A stretch of DNA of 58,848 nt, the filler included, from Sphacelaria rigidula (taxonomy: Eukaryota), in the NCBI GenBank assembly GCA_964200075.2. It is 7 parts of 7 records of this genome, joined end to end, with 100 filler letters (N's around TTAATTAATTAA, not from the genome) between each part and the next. Parts side by side here need not be neighbours in the genome. Positions count along the whole stretch, not along the records: positions 1 to 8,322 come from CAXNAA020011526.1; positions 8,423 to 16,743 come from CAXNAA020011527.1; 5 more parts are not named here. One strand, given 5' to 3'. A program made the position numbers and the translations under genes. Below are positions 1 through 11,299 of this stretch, piece by piece (within the stretch, counting starts at the first letter, position 1; each line of letters opens with the position of its first letter). The notes under the pieces are model-generated. The model was not told where the DNA came from and did no database searches. It saw nothing but the letters and a program-made list of their open reading frames with translations.

Positions 1-74
1 TAAGATGCCCAGTACCAATGTACCGCGCAGATGTCGGAAAGGTTTTTTAATGTGAAGACAACAACAACAACAAC
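1..74 (+). mobile_element. 3' end of a (CAA)n-tailed dispersed repeat (family G; probable non-LTR retroelement/SINE tail)
   Basis: AGATGCCCAGTAC..TACCGCGCAGATGTCGGAA..TTTTAATGTGAAGAC(AAC)n. The same motif recurs at 15141-15250 (-) and 17585-17720 (+). Confidence 0.6.
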
Positions 75-130
75 ATCGGGAATCGAACCCCCGTTCTCTC
101 CACCCTAATGGCGACAGTCGGACCATTGCA
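74..130 (-). mobile_element. tRNA-like head fragment of SINE family A
   Basis: Minus strand reads ..AATGGTCCGACTGTCGCCATTAGGGTGGAGAGAACGGGGGTTCGATTCCCGATG, with B-box GGTTCGATTCC. Matches 10329-10400 and 17003-17074. Confidence 0.7.
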
Positions 131-259
131 TTACGTGCTAGGAGGCGTGAAAACGTCAATGAATGAAAAAAAACAAAGTAGAGATTAACGTCGGCGGGGT
201 ATAGGAGTGCCGATAGCCATCATCCAACGTTTGGTAACAAATTGAACGACACGGACCCG

Positions 260-330
260 GGGGGGGGGGGAAGCTACTCATTTGTTGCTTGCCTTGGTGG
301 TTTGACCATTGACCACGCATCCCATTCGAG
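260..330 (+). repeat. Dispersed repeat end (family D), poly-G then TACTCATTTGTTGCTTGCC
   Basis: Near-identical reverse-complement copy at 42107-42175 in another contig. Confidence 0.7.
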
Positions 331-860
331 ACGGAGGGAGGGGATGAACACTTTGACATCCACGGGTGATCAGGTCATACGTGAAATCGGCACCAAATAT
401 GTTCGGGAGAACGATTCGCAAACTAGGATGATCGATACATACAGTTCAAAGGTCATCGTCGGACTAGAAAAAATGGAAACAAAATGTGTGAATCAGGATC
501 GTGGCCGACCGAACTTGCCTCGGTTCGCAATCCGATGTGACCGCGAAAAATAAATGATGTCTTGGGACTCACCGTAATCACCACAAAAGCTGATACACAT
601 CTGAACCGTTTCAACTCTCCAACGTGTGAGAATGAAATGAGCACTGGCCCCGCTCGTACATACCGACTATTTTTTGCCGACATGTTTGTAAGAACCCCGT
701 CCTGCGAGGCCCCGTGTCTTCATGTTCGTGAGCGTACATTTTGGTGCTTGAATTCCGTCTTCTTTTTTTGCCACGACATTGTCATCACGGCGCTAGATTT
801 CTGGAAAATGGCGAATGTGAGGAACGAAACACAACAGCAACATCCACGACAAAAACTCAC

Positions 861-1048
861 GTTCGCCATGGGCCAGCAAGGAAAGAAGAGTCGGCAGCCT
901 GGATGCATCCCCACTCGCATCATCCCCCCGTGCACTTCCACTCCGGGCTCCTCGCGGCTTCCACAGGCGACTCGAACTCGCCAAGATGGGCAGGCTGGTC
1001 GTTACGTGATTCCGGGGAACATTCTTCCGGACTTCGCCATCTTCGTAC
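861..1048 (-). CDS. Exon of Tudor/Agenet-like domain protein (C-terminal part of domain: YEDGEVRKNVPRNHV...)
   Basis: Acceptor ttgcttcctgcag| and donor C|gtgagt. Entry phase 2 matches the exit phase of exon 2419-2516. The next exon was not identified. Confidence 0.75.
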
Positions 1049-1889
1049 CTGCAGGAAGCAATCAACAGTTGCCGAGAAAAACAACAAACGTTAAACACAC
1101 GAGCAGAGATTTGATGTCGCATTTCTTGTTATACCAGGGTACGGAGTGGATCGGTTGGGATATTTTTGTTTTTTGTTGTTTTACTCTATTCCGGCTGTAA
1201 TGCAATGACTGTCGAAAATTACCATTACTAAATAGTCATAGGATTGCTGACCGTGACGGCTGGAATCATCAGTCAAGCAAAAACACTCAAGAGTGAGGTT
1301 ATGGCGCTGTCTGTACTGTGCTGTCAGGACCACCGACAACCGGTTAGTCCGTGATTCGTTTAGAACAAAATCGTTGGAACGTTTCTTATTCCACCGACAC
1401 AGCTGGATTTGGACAAGGGGACTACAAAACAGCAAGGGAAATCGAGACTGAAAGAGATAACAGTTCACCCTTTGAACTGTTTCACCAATTCTACCAGGTA
1501 CAAGACGCTGCTGGCCCAATGATCAAAACATAAGAACCGGTAAAAACTGTCCTCCAGCGTGAGGCTAACGATGGCGGCTGCTGTGTCGGTGCTATAGGTG
1601 TCATGTTTGGGTTCATGGATGTGACGTGAAGCATACTCAGGATACTCAAGGTCGAGATTCATCTCTCCTGAGAAAGGTGTCAGCTACAGCAGGTTGCCCG
1701 ACAAACGGGAGAAAAGAGAACCCCTTTTCGTGAAAGTTGCTCCAGGAGTGTTATAAACGGGACAATTCTTTCCCCAGATTATTTTCCAACTTTTTGCCAC
1801 AAGAATTGTATTTTCCCGACTTCTCCAACGAAACGTTGCTGAAAAAATTAATCTGGCGCCGGATTCTGGGAGAGCTTTGCGGGCAGATA

Positions 1890-2075
1890 GACATCAAATC
1901 GACGCCGCAGGCGCCGATTTCGACTAAATACGTTTGGACGAGCTGGGTCCACTGCTCACCTGCCCCACACCATACATTTTCTGAGAACTTTTTGAAGTCC
2001 AAATCAAGTAGTCATGCTGACAACCATAGATATACGCCAAAAGCATTAGGTCTACCGGATCATGTACCACTTTGA
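1890..2075 (+). repeat. Dispersed repeat (family E), probable non-autonomous DNA element
   Basis: TCAAATCGACGCCGCAGGCGCCGATTTCGAC...GGACGAGCTGGGTCCACTGCT...AAATCAAGTAGTCATGCTG. Copy at 22968-23160 (+) and a fragment at 6185-6247 (-). Confidence 0.75.
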
Positions 2076-2418
2076 CCACCCGAGTGCGACTGATGGGCCA
2101 AAATCATTCTCCTCGTTGGTAAGACCCGCCTTTTTCGTGTGCCCTCAACCCCACCTCTTCCTCGGAATGAGTCCGCAAAAAAGAAGGTTTACCGCACCTC
2201 TCGCCTTGTATATACCTGCTTGATACCTACTTGATACCTTGTTGTTGCGGATTGGACCAGCACTGCTACACCCGGTCAACCCTCACGGATTGGATCGGCA
2301 CTGCTGCTGATGCTGTGACGCTTCCAGCGACAGAAATCTGAGTCAGCTCAAAAAGATTACATCAGTGGGGTCTACAGCTGTACCCTCTCTCGCGAGCACA
2401 AAATGAGAATAGTAATAC

Positions 2419-2516
2419 CTGACTTCCAGGGTCCCGTCCCTGTGGTGTACGCGCACAGCTCCTCGATACCAGACTCGAGACGACATGCCCCCGGAAGAAC
2501 GGAAGCACGAGAACAC
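2419..2516 (-). CDS. Exon of Tudor/Agenet-like domain protein (VFSCFRSSGGMSSRVWYRGAVRVHHRDGTLEVR)
   Basis: Acceptor gtgtttttctcttag| and donor AG|gtatta. 98 nt, phase 0 in and phase 2 out, joining both neighbouring exons in frame. Carries a WYxG motif. Confidence 0.8.
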
Positions 2517-2846
2517 CTAAGAGAAAAACACAGCCGAGAAAATAGACATAAAGAAGCAGCAAGCCATGCTCAACTAAACATTTCAAGAAATATAACCGAC
2601 AGCGAGAGTAGAGTAAGAGAGGAGGAAACAAGACATGGAAAATACACACTCAAACACGCACGAACGCCGCAAACATACCCATGCCCAGTACGATTACGTG
2701 CAATTCCATGTGATTGAATCTAGGAAGATGCAGCGATTTTGTTATAGCCATGTCCCTCACTCAGACGCGAGGTATGATGACGTGCTTTTATCTTGCCGAT
2801 TGAATCATCGTAATCACCCACCGGCGTTGTATGTCCAACGTCTTAC

Positions 2847-3451
2847 CTCTGCTCCCGGCTTCAGTCGCCCCGAAGGTAGTGACACTCGCTTCCCGTCTAC
2901 CATTTCCTGCTTCACGACAGTCGACGCAGCTGCAGCAACCTCACCACGCGCTTTCCCCCTTGTCGCGAGGCGCCGATCAGCTCCCGCAGAATCGGTGCGC
3001 GCACCGGTCCCCGAACTATTCTTTTCACCATGAACACCCCGTCCATCCGCTGATCTCGGGGAGGAACCCCGGGGACTCGACCTTCTACCGCCGCTCACTG
3101 ATCCACCGCTGCCGCCAGCACCACTTCCACTCGCCGCCTGCGCGGGAGTCACGTTCATACCCTCAATCTTGAGCCGTTTTCGCAAGCGAGCCATGGCCGC
3201 GGCGGACCCTCCGCCGACTTCGTCGCTTCCCCCACCGGCTGCGCTAGAAGCGGCCGAAATTGGAACAGCAGCAGCAGTGCCGGGAACCGCTGGGATTGAT
3301 TGCGGCGGTGGAGATGACACAGTAGAGGGTCTTGGTGGCGGCACCGCTGTTGGGGCGGAGTGGCAGAGACGAGGTGGCGATGATCCACGGGTACCGTCCC
3401 TCGGCGACAAGTGTGCGGCTTCGGCCGCTGCCGCTGCGGCGTCCAGGGCGG
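2847..3451 (-). CDS. Ala/Ser/Gly/Pro-rich exon with basic motif RLRKRLK, ending LKPGAE at the start of the Tudor-like domain
   Basis: Lies within ORF 2814-3614. Donor GAG|gtaaga. Acceptor tttccag| at 3451 is phase-compatible with exon 4731-5196. Alternatively the gene starts at accaccATGG (3485). Confidence 0.75.
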
Positions 3452-4730
3452 CTGGAAATGATTGTTTGATAGTTGTGGTCGCCATGGTGGTTGCGATGAC
3501 AAGGTGGATGTGGGTGAGAATTGCGCTCAAGAGTGAGAAGATAGATGTGTACGGGTACACCATCGAGGGCGGGGTGCCCAGGCGAGAGACGGGTGGGGAA
3601 TCGGGGATGACCATACTGTGGAGGTACCGCTTTGGGCATTGAAGGGTCGACGTTCATAACGGAAACTTAGCAAATTCAAAATCAACCAAGTCTTTGAACG
3701 CCTTCAGCAGGGGGCCTCGGTGACGGCGGTGGACCGGTGAGCGGCGGTGAGATAATACCATGTACGCATCATTTCTAAAATCAAGACATGAAGACAGGAA
3801 AAACAATGGGCCGAGCACATGATAAAAGAGACACCTCTTCAGCTTTATCAACGCCAGAAATCGGCAGCTAGGCCCGACCTCGGTAAAACCTTCGAAAACC
3901 ATCATGTATGAAATACCTCAATGTGTGGTCGATGCCAGGATGGGAAGGCTGCAAGTTTGGCAAAATGGTTCCCAGATAAACCTCTTCACGCGAGGAAGCG
4001 GCGGCATTTTCCCGCTGTATTTTTTATTTTTTGTCAGAAAGAAAACTTTCGATCGAGGAAACGCCTACCCAGCATTCGTCATATTTTCATACAGTTAAAT
4101 GAAAACTATGTAAGCATACATACTCATGCGTCTTGATACCGAATTGAGGCGTGTCAGCAGCAGATCAAGACAACACGCCAGCGTGCGTTGGTTATCCGTA
4201 AACGTTCATGAAGTTGGATGCGCGTGTCCATAACAGTACATACTTCTCGCGCAGTACTATCCCATTCGCCCGCCTTATTGCGCCGCAGTTAAGACGCCCA
4301 TATTCCAGGAACTAGAAATTTTCTCCCATGAGACGTCATACGAACAATTCAACTACACATCTCCGCGAAGACCTTGAAAGGGCACGGGAAACAGGGAGGG
4401 GGGGGGGGGGGGGGGGGGGGGGATGACCACAAATACAAAACGCGCGTGCCTATAACCAACACGCACCGACCATGCCCACAAAACGTTGGCTCTGCATCGC
4501 TACCGACAAAACATGTGGTATCTCTTGTTAAAAGCGTGAGGCCACGATGACCAACAAAAAAACTCCGGTAAGTTGAGGTGTTCGCATGACTGCCGATGGT
4601 CATAATCCAACGCGTCCTACCAAAAATGCATGGCATGTACTACAACAGGATATATATTTTCTCGACATTGGTACCCTAGTAGGCCCTAGCCTAGTCTCTC
4701 ATGTCAACCAGTCGATGCAATCAAACACAC

Positions 4731-5196
4731 CTGCTGCTGCAGATGATCGACCAGAACTAGAACTAGAACCAGAACCAGAACCAGAACTTGATCTAGAACC
4801 AGCAGCACTTGTACGCGCCGAACCAACGACAGTAACATCGATCGAATCTTCTTTTGTCTCCTCTCCCTCAAGATCAGCTTCACCACCTCCGACCCCAGCA
4901 GCAGCCGCGGTGGGATCGCGAACAAGCCCAAGCAGCACCGCTCCGTCAAAAGCTCGGCGGGCAACGGTCGCTGCTTCTGATGCTTCTTTCGCAGCTGCTG
5001 TTGCTGACGACGCAGACGATGATGATGCTGTTGAACCCGCATTCATCGATGGCCGCGCCTTGTTGTCACTGCCCACGGTGGCATGAGCAGTGGATGATGA
5101 CGATACGTTCCGGGTGGCGGCCGACGTGACGGTGGTGTTTGCGGCAACACTGGTTCGCTTTTTGTTGCTGTTGCTAGAGGCTAGCGCTGCCGTAAC
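4731..5196 (-). CDS. Low-complexity Ser/Ala-rich exon, probably the same Tudor-like gene
   Basis: Lies within ORF 4699-5202. Acceptor ctacttttcgtcttgaag| and donor G|gtgtgt (phase 1) fit the acceptor at 3451. Confidence 0.65.
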
Positions 5197-6249
5197 CTTC
5201 AAGACGAAAAGTAGCGGAGGGAAACTGAGTTAATGAATGAATTGGTTAATTGATTCATAAACGAACAGATTGATATATCCATCAATGAATCATGACATGC
5301 ACGACACGATTATTCAGCGGATCATGGATGAGCGTGGATCATGGCGAAGAAAAGTGAGCTTGCTTGGTGGGGCGGTGTTTTCGGGGTGCTGTTAATGTCG
5401 GGGTTGCTTGAGTCGGCCGGAGCGCTGTAGTAACCCCAGCCTCAGCGGCGCGCGGCACAATAGTACGGACACACCCCCGACGGCAGCAGTGACCCATTAA
5501 CCGCCACCGTAGGTCATACGTTGGATTGGCATATTTTCACGAGGAAATATGACTTCCAAGCAAGACCCAGATGACCCACCCTGGTGGCCGAAGGATCAAT
5601 CAACTACTCGTGAAGCCCATGCAACAGGGCTTTTCTTAAATGGGGTAGTGCTTAGTTCTCGATCATTTTTTAGAGTTGAAACTGAAACGGAGAAAATTAT
5701 GATCGCGTGGCCGAGATGTACCACAATCCAGTGTTGAAAAACAGGTCGTAAAACAAGGGGCCACGCGCCATACTTTAATCAAGTAAAATGAGAAGACCTG
5801 CAGAAAATGAAACGATACAGACACTATTTATGGTATGTTTTTTTAATGGCCTAATGAGATCAAACATGATCGAGTTGGGCGAATGTAATGAGTGCTCTGA
5901 ACCACCTGTGACCAGCATAAGACGGTGCTCAAAACCTATTCTCAAAAAGTACACAAGAAACGAGTTGAAACAATCCTCGTCTTTGCCCGGAACTTCGACA
6001 TGTGATACCTCTACCTAGACTTGGACACTAAAGTCCTGCGTGCAGGTGCGAACCGATAACTTTTCGACATTCATCGGCAATAGAGTTCACCACTTGGAAT
6101 GGTGAGAAATTTCTCAGATAGTTCGACTTGATTTTAGTGTGAACATCACAAATCCAGATTTTTGATGGGGCTATGCTCCAAGCGTGCTCCTAGCTTGGGC
6201 AGGACGCGTTTTGGTCGAAATCGGCGTCTGGGGCGCCGATTGGAGGTTT

Positions 6250-6340
6250 GGCAACGCACCCTTTGCCTATGTAAAACTCTCCACCCCCTCGCCCGAGGGT
6301 TCTCGGTGTGCCTTCGTTGGGGTTAGGGTTAGGGTTAGAA
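6250..6340 (+). repeat. Dispersed repeat ending in a (GGGTTA)3 telomere-like tract
   Basis: GGGGTTAGGGTTAGGGTTAG at about 6320-6338. The upstream part resembles the reverse complement of about 17310-17400. Confidence 0.55.
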
Positions 6341-6824
6341 TGTTGATCTCCTACAAAAAGTTACCCTTTCATGAGACACGTTCAAATCCGGTGTCAAAAC
6401 TTTTACATGTATATGTTTTGGAACTCCGAAACCTTGACCAATATTTACCTTCAACACGACTTTTTCTCAACACAAAACTAACATTTAAAAAGTGAACCGA
6501 TCGTTCGATCCTCATGCAACACAGGTTTGTAGCGATATATTTCATGTTTAAGATAACAAGTACCACGTTAGGGATAACACCATAGGCTGATGTTGGAGCT
6601 TTGGTTCACACTGTCGTGCATGTACCGAACATTGAATAAACTCAACACCAACGCTTTGACACTGCATTGATATATATATGTATACATACTATTGACAGAT
6701 TGATCTGGAGTGTGTTTGGCTGGGATGTTTCGTCTTATAAGTTCCTTACATTTTCGGTCAAGTAATATATAACTAAATCACTGTTTGGTTTACTGCAGTG
6801 GGTTTGTTGGTTATGTGTTCGTAA

Positions 6825-7421
6825 CGAGCTGGGCCGTCTGACAGTGAGTTTTGAATGAAGAAAGGCGATGCGAATGTCGAAGAGTTAGGCGCTGAAATTT
6901 TGACACGACATGTTCATCATCAACCCGCGCAACCCTATTGGGGGTGCAGAGGGAAAGACAACATGGAGTTAGAGCGAGTTGAAGTTTCAGCAAAAACAGG
7001 AAAAATGCCGTAACTTCCATAAAAATTGATAAAAACGGCGACAACGCTCCAAGACATACGGGCACTCGCATCAACGACATCCTGGTGAAGTATCGGCCAA
7101 ACATACCTCGAATTGGGCGCAGCAGGGCACCAGTCATGTGACACGGCCGCACCCCTTTCATCCAAGTGATTCAGGACACTCCAGTTAATCAGGTCATGAG
7201 TTCGAATCCCGACATTTTCTCTTTTTTTTCGTCCGTCGTTAAAGCCATCACATATTACGGAGTATATTTTCTCCCCTTACTTTTTTTTCTTCAGCGACGG
7301 TGTCGTGTCTCACCAGGTTGGTCTGCACTTCACAGCGATATGCTCAAGTCGTGCCGACTTGGGAAACTTGAGAGGTTGTGGTGTGGAAAGCCAATGCGGG
7401 ATTTACTGCTGGCCCAGCTTG
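6825..7421. mobile_element. MITE family F (TIR CGAGCTGGG..., TA target; Tc1/mariner-like non-autonomous)
   Basis: Ends CGAGCTGGGCC / GGCCCAGCTTG-TA. Both terminal regions align in inverted orientation with 20855-21883. Confidence 0.7.
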
Positions 7422-8084
7422 TAACCTGCTCGTTTTTCTTCGGGAAGCAACACAAGGTTGGAATTTTTTTGTACTTCTTTCCTCCTTTTTGTATTTCAAC
7501 TTCTTGAAAAGCAATCTGAACATCATGGGCGCGCGCCGGTGAAGCCTCAGCCTGGCTCATGGGTGAGGTCGGGCTCGGACCGGTCGACTGTTCATCTGTA
7601 TATCCACACACCTTGACCGCAATTTCCCAGAAAGGGCCCCGTTTTCTTGGGGAAGCTGTCGTGCACCAATCACCCCCCCTACCCCAGTACATGCCAGACA
7701 TTTCAACGACGGAAATCAGCCTGTTGTTCTTCTTGCTCTTGTAATTATTGTTTGCATTCGAAAAACCGTTCCTATCTCTGTGCAGTCCCCTTCAACATAC
7801 GTACTGGGCAGCATCTGATGCGAAATCCTTCAATGGCAGCAGGCTAACTACCCAAAAAATAGTACACAAGGAAATCAGAAATAAAAAATGAAAAATTACG
7901 ACCCCAACAAATCTACACAGACGCGACCCATGATAATCACAGTGATAATAAATAAATGAGAATGTTGAAGAAAAAAAGATGATGACCCTACAAGATCAGA
8001 TGCCGCAGGCGACCATTCGGACACGACACTTTCTACGACAGCCCTCCGCCGCCCCCCCAAAAACCAGCCCAAAACTGTCACGAA

Positions 8085-8195
8085 GGAAATGGTCACACAG
8101 CGCCTGAAGTTTGGTTCCAGGCTACATGAAGCGCTTCATATAGGAGACATTGGCAAAAACGAACCCAAGCGTGGGAATTCCCAGCAGCTTGTTGC
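8085..8195 (+). repeat. Dispersed repeat (family H)
   Basis: Aligns with 42205-42310 (CAGGCT.CATGAAGCGC.TCAT...TGGC.AAAACGA.CC.AGCGT.GG). Confidence 0.6.
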
Positions 8196-8322
8196 GCTCG
8201 GCTTGTTTCACTTCGATTTACGTGTCGATTTTGGATTCCCAAACCAGCCACTTTATTTTTTTTTCTTGGGGGGGGGGGGGGGGGGGGGGTCGCTGAAGGG
8301 GTGGTCGTGGTGGAGCGAGTTT

Positions 8323-8422
8323 NNNNNNNNNNNNNNNNNNNNNNNNNNNNNNNNNNNNNNNNNNNNTTAATTAATTAANNNNNNNNNNNNNNNNNNNNNN
8401 NNNNNNNNNNNNNNNNNNNNNN
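8323..8422. other. Artificial contig spacer
   Basis: 100 nt: N-run, TTAATTAATTAA, N-run. Confidence 0.98.
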
Positions 8423-8500
8423 TCTGCGGTGCTTGCCTTTTTATTTTATCGCGAGTGGGGTTCAGCAATCCCTTTCCCTCGTCGACCGTCAAGTCCCGGT
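8423..8500 (-). mobile_element. Internal fragment of SINE family B at contig edge
   Basis: TCTGCGGTGCTTGCC...CCCTTTCCCTCGTCGACCGT matches the body of 23574-23920. Confidence 0.75.
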
Positions 8501-8969
8501 CGAAAAACAGTGCCATTGATATTCCATGCCTCTCTACGTGGCCCCTGCGCCAAAATTGGCATTCGTGTGCTCTGAAATATTTGTAAAGACTGAATTAATC
8601 AGGTCTCCCGATTTTCTGTTTCACAAGATATTCGGGGTCCCAGGAGGGTGAGTCTGAGTTCCCTTCCTGAAATTCCGGATCTCTGGGAAAACGAAACAAA
8701 AATCGAAAGAAACCTTTCATATAACCCGTCTTGATATCTGAGAGCATCCGTGTGCAAACGTTCAACGTCTAACTCCAAAGGACGGCGTGAGCCATCGCTG
8801 GGGAGTGAATTCCGGTTGTTCGCCCCGGACCAGCCTGTACAACGTCTGAAAGGCCGGCCGTTCAGGTGCCGTAACTATGATATTCGATTCGATGCTATGT
8901 CATTGTAACTGTGTCCTCCAACATCTTGGTTGGACGAGTAATCTGTTACCCCTAAACCACTCCTTTACT

Positions 8970-9380
8970 GTGCTCGCGTCGTGTCGCATGCAATCAACGA
9001 GCGGTGCACCTGCACGCGCCCGCCACTGGTCGGCATCTCCCATGAAGACTCACAATTCTCGGCGAAAGATCAGCCAAGACGCCAGCTTTCACGCCGTTTC
9101 ATTTACCCCGCGTACATGAGGCCCTGAAGATGTGTCGTTGAGGCCGAGGCATAACGGCTACTAGCACACCCAGTACATGATGCTCGAGGGTCTCGATTCG
9201 CTGAGGTGATGTAGTTATGGATACTTTCGAGAGCTGAGACGGCGTGCACACGTGGGGACACTCGAGCAAGATACGGTCGTTTGCACAGATGCTCGCCGAT
9301 GGTATCATTCGTGGACTGACGTGTGTGCTACGCTGTCTCACAGCGAGTTATCATGCGTGCTTTCTCCCCTGGTAACATTC
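8970..9380 (+). pseudogene. Possible decayed hAT transposase catalytic-core fragment
   Basis: Fragments SHAIN (cf. CxxHxLN), *HTQYMMLEGLDSLR (cf. RWNSTYxMLER) and VLSPL occur in the expected order, with stops and frameshifts. Confidence 0.3.
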
Positions 9381-10328
9381 AGCCCACCAAATCTCGGGTT
9401 CGCTGAATGAAACCTTGAGAGCTGAGAGCTATTGAAACCGGCAAAATTGTCCATGTGCACGGCATGCTTCCACCTGACCATCCATCAACTCCGCGAAAAT
9501 GTCACATGATATCCGTGAACGGGACGAGAACAGAGAACAGAGAACATGACCATCTTGCAATAGGGCAACAGTGTCAAATGACCATCATATGACCGCTTCA
9601 CGATTGAGGAAACGTGGGAGAGACAAGGAACATTCGACACCATGGGCAGTAGGTGGCCAGTTGTCGCAATAGGTTATATACTTCATGTGGTACACTTCAC
9701 TTCTGTTGCAGATATTGACCGCCTAATGTCCAGTGTGTGACAAATGCCGGACGTGTGGACAAGTACCGATCATCCCCTGCGTACGCGAATCCGATCCGTC
9801 CTGCTAGGTGCGTAGCAACAGCCGATACAGACGCACGAACTTAAAAAGCGCGCGCAAAACTCATACAGTCAAAAGTAAAATGTCTGCATCACGAGGGGGA
9901 ACGCCGATGCACGAGGAACATAGCGTCCGTGCACAAACCTTGCGAGACGAAATGGCAAACCACGCTTCCAAAACTTCCAAAAGCGCATACCCACTCCTTC
10001 TTGGTGTTCGCCGATGAATTCGTTCAGGTGCGAGGGCTGCAAAGTATGGACCTTGCGTTCCAACAGTCAGCAGGAGGCGGATTGACCGGAGTTGGGCTAC
10101 ATTCTGTCCATGCTTGACACATTTTACAACTATCGTCAACCGTAACCCGAACGCCACCCGGAGGCATACCGAGAACACTCGGGCACGGGAGGTACATAGT
10201 GTTTTCCCCCGCAAAGCGTGCGTTGGTAGACCTCAAATCGGGGCCTGTGGGGCTACGGGACTGCCGAGTCCCTCAAACATCCAAATCTCGTTGTTCACAC
10301 TCAAATCGAGTAATATCATATTGTAGCA

Positions 10329-10638
10329 GCGCCCCGGCTGTGTAATGGTCCGACTGTCGCCATTAGAGCGGAGAGAACGAGGGTTCGATTCCCGATGCGT
10401 TGGCTTTTTTCTTCGTGACGTCTGATTTCCACCGTGGAAAGAGTGAGAGCGTGAGTAAACAAAGCCGTCGGCTAAGTTTGTTCAATGTGAGTTGACGCGT
10501 TCAGGGAGTGTCGACCCAATCCGCTAGACCAAAATACAAGGCGTGTACCGGGAGAGGGATGGAAAAATCCCTGGAGATCACGGACTCGTCCCGAAGAAAG
10601 GGGGAGCGGGGGGTTCAAAGTGCGACAAAAGAAAAAAC
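10329..10638 (+). mobile_element. SINE family A, apparently full length (tRNA-like head, body, A-rich tail)
   Basis: Head GCGCCCCGGCTGTGTAATGG (A-box-like)...GGTTCGATTCCC (B-box). Body homologous to 16844-17074 up to about 10549. A-rich end at about 10626-10637, so the 3' boundary is inferred. Confidence 0.7.
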
Positions 10639-10888
10639 GTTTGACCCCGATGAAGTCTACTAGCCAGCAGTCCCGGATACTGGCGTGGAAAAGTCCAAGA
10701 AGCATCGACGCCTGAATTTGTCTATATATACAACCATCCCATTCATGATTGGTTGGCTGCTCTTCTGAGGTGATCCCTCCTGCTCCGATGTATTCCAGCC
10801 ATCATTGAAGATATCATACGTCTGGCATGCGGGGGTTTGACGCAGGCGGGTGAGGGTGCTCATACATACGGACCCCAAACGTACTCCA

Positions 10889-11247
10889 TGTGTGTCGTCA
10901 TCCCATCTATTCTGGACGCCAGTCTACACCTTGAGGAAGGTATATGCGGGCGCACCAGCCGGGAGCACGCAGGAGGAAGGCCAACAACACGTCAGTTTCT
11001 TTTTTATTTCATGTCTCCACCCTCTTTTTGCGGTGCTTCATTTTTCTTTTATCGAGAGGGGGGTCCAGCAGTCACTTTTCCTCCTCGACCGTGAAGTCGA
11101 ACTTCGTGTACCCACGACATAGTCGCTCTCCACTGTTGGGCACTGTGTGCAAAAAAAAAACAGATCGTGTGACTGCACCGATTTTGGAAACACGACCCAA
11201 CCGTCAGAAGTTTTCGACGTTACCAACTGGGCCACCGGGGCAACCGG
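10889..11247 (-). mobile_element. SINE family B (tRNA-derived), near full length
   Basis: Minus strand head GCCCCGGTGGCCCAGTTGGTAA..CTTCTGA. The body and the GATGGGATGACGACACACA tail match 23574-23920. Confidence 0.8.
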
Positions 11248-11299
11248 TTTTCTGGGACTTGCACTTTCTTTCTTGCAACGACCACGGTTCAACGAAGAG

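Noticed and set aside
3169..5086. Plus-strand ORFs 3169-3642 and 4586-5086
   Set aside because: Antisense shadows of GC-rich minus-strand exons that carry the splice signals.
5350..5497. MGHCC... first exon of the Tudor-like gene
   Set aside because: No phase-compatible donor was found. The candidate exon at 7612-7655 is also too weak to call.
8367..8378. TTAATTAATTAA as a biological motif
   Set aside because: It is identical in all six N spacers and is an artificial all-frame stop linker.
10329..10402. Functional tRNA gene
   Set aside because: Acceptor and anticodon stems are poor, copies are diverged, and they share a long non-tRNA 3' body, so it is a SINE head.
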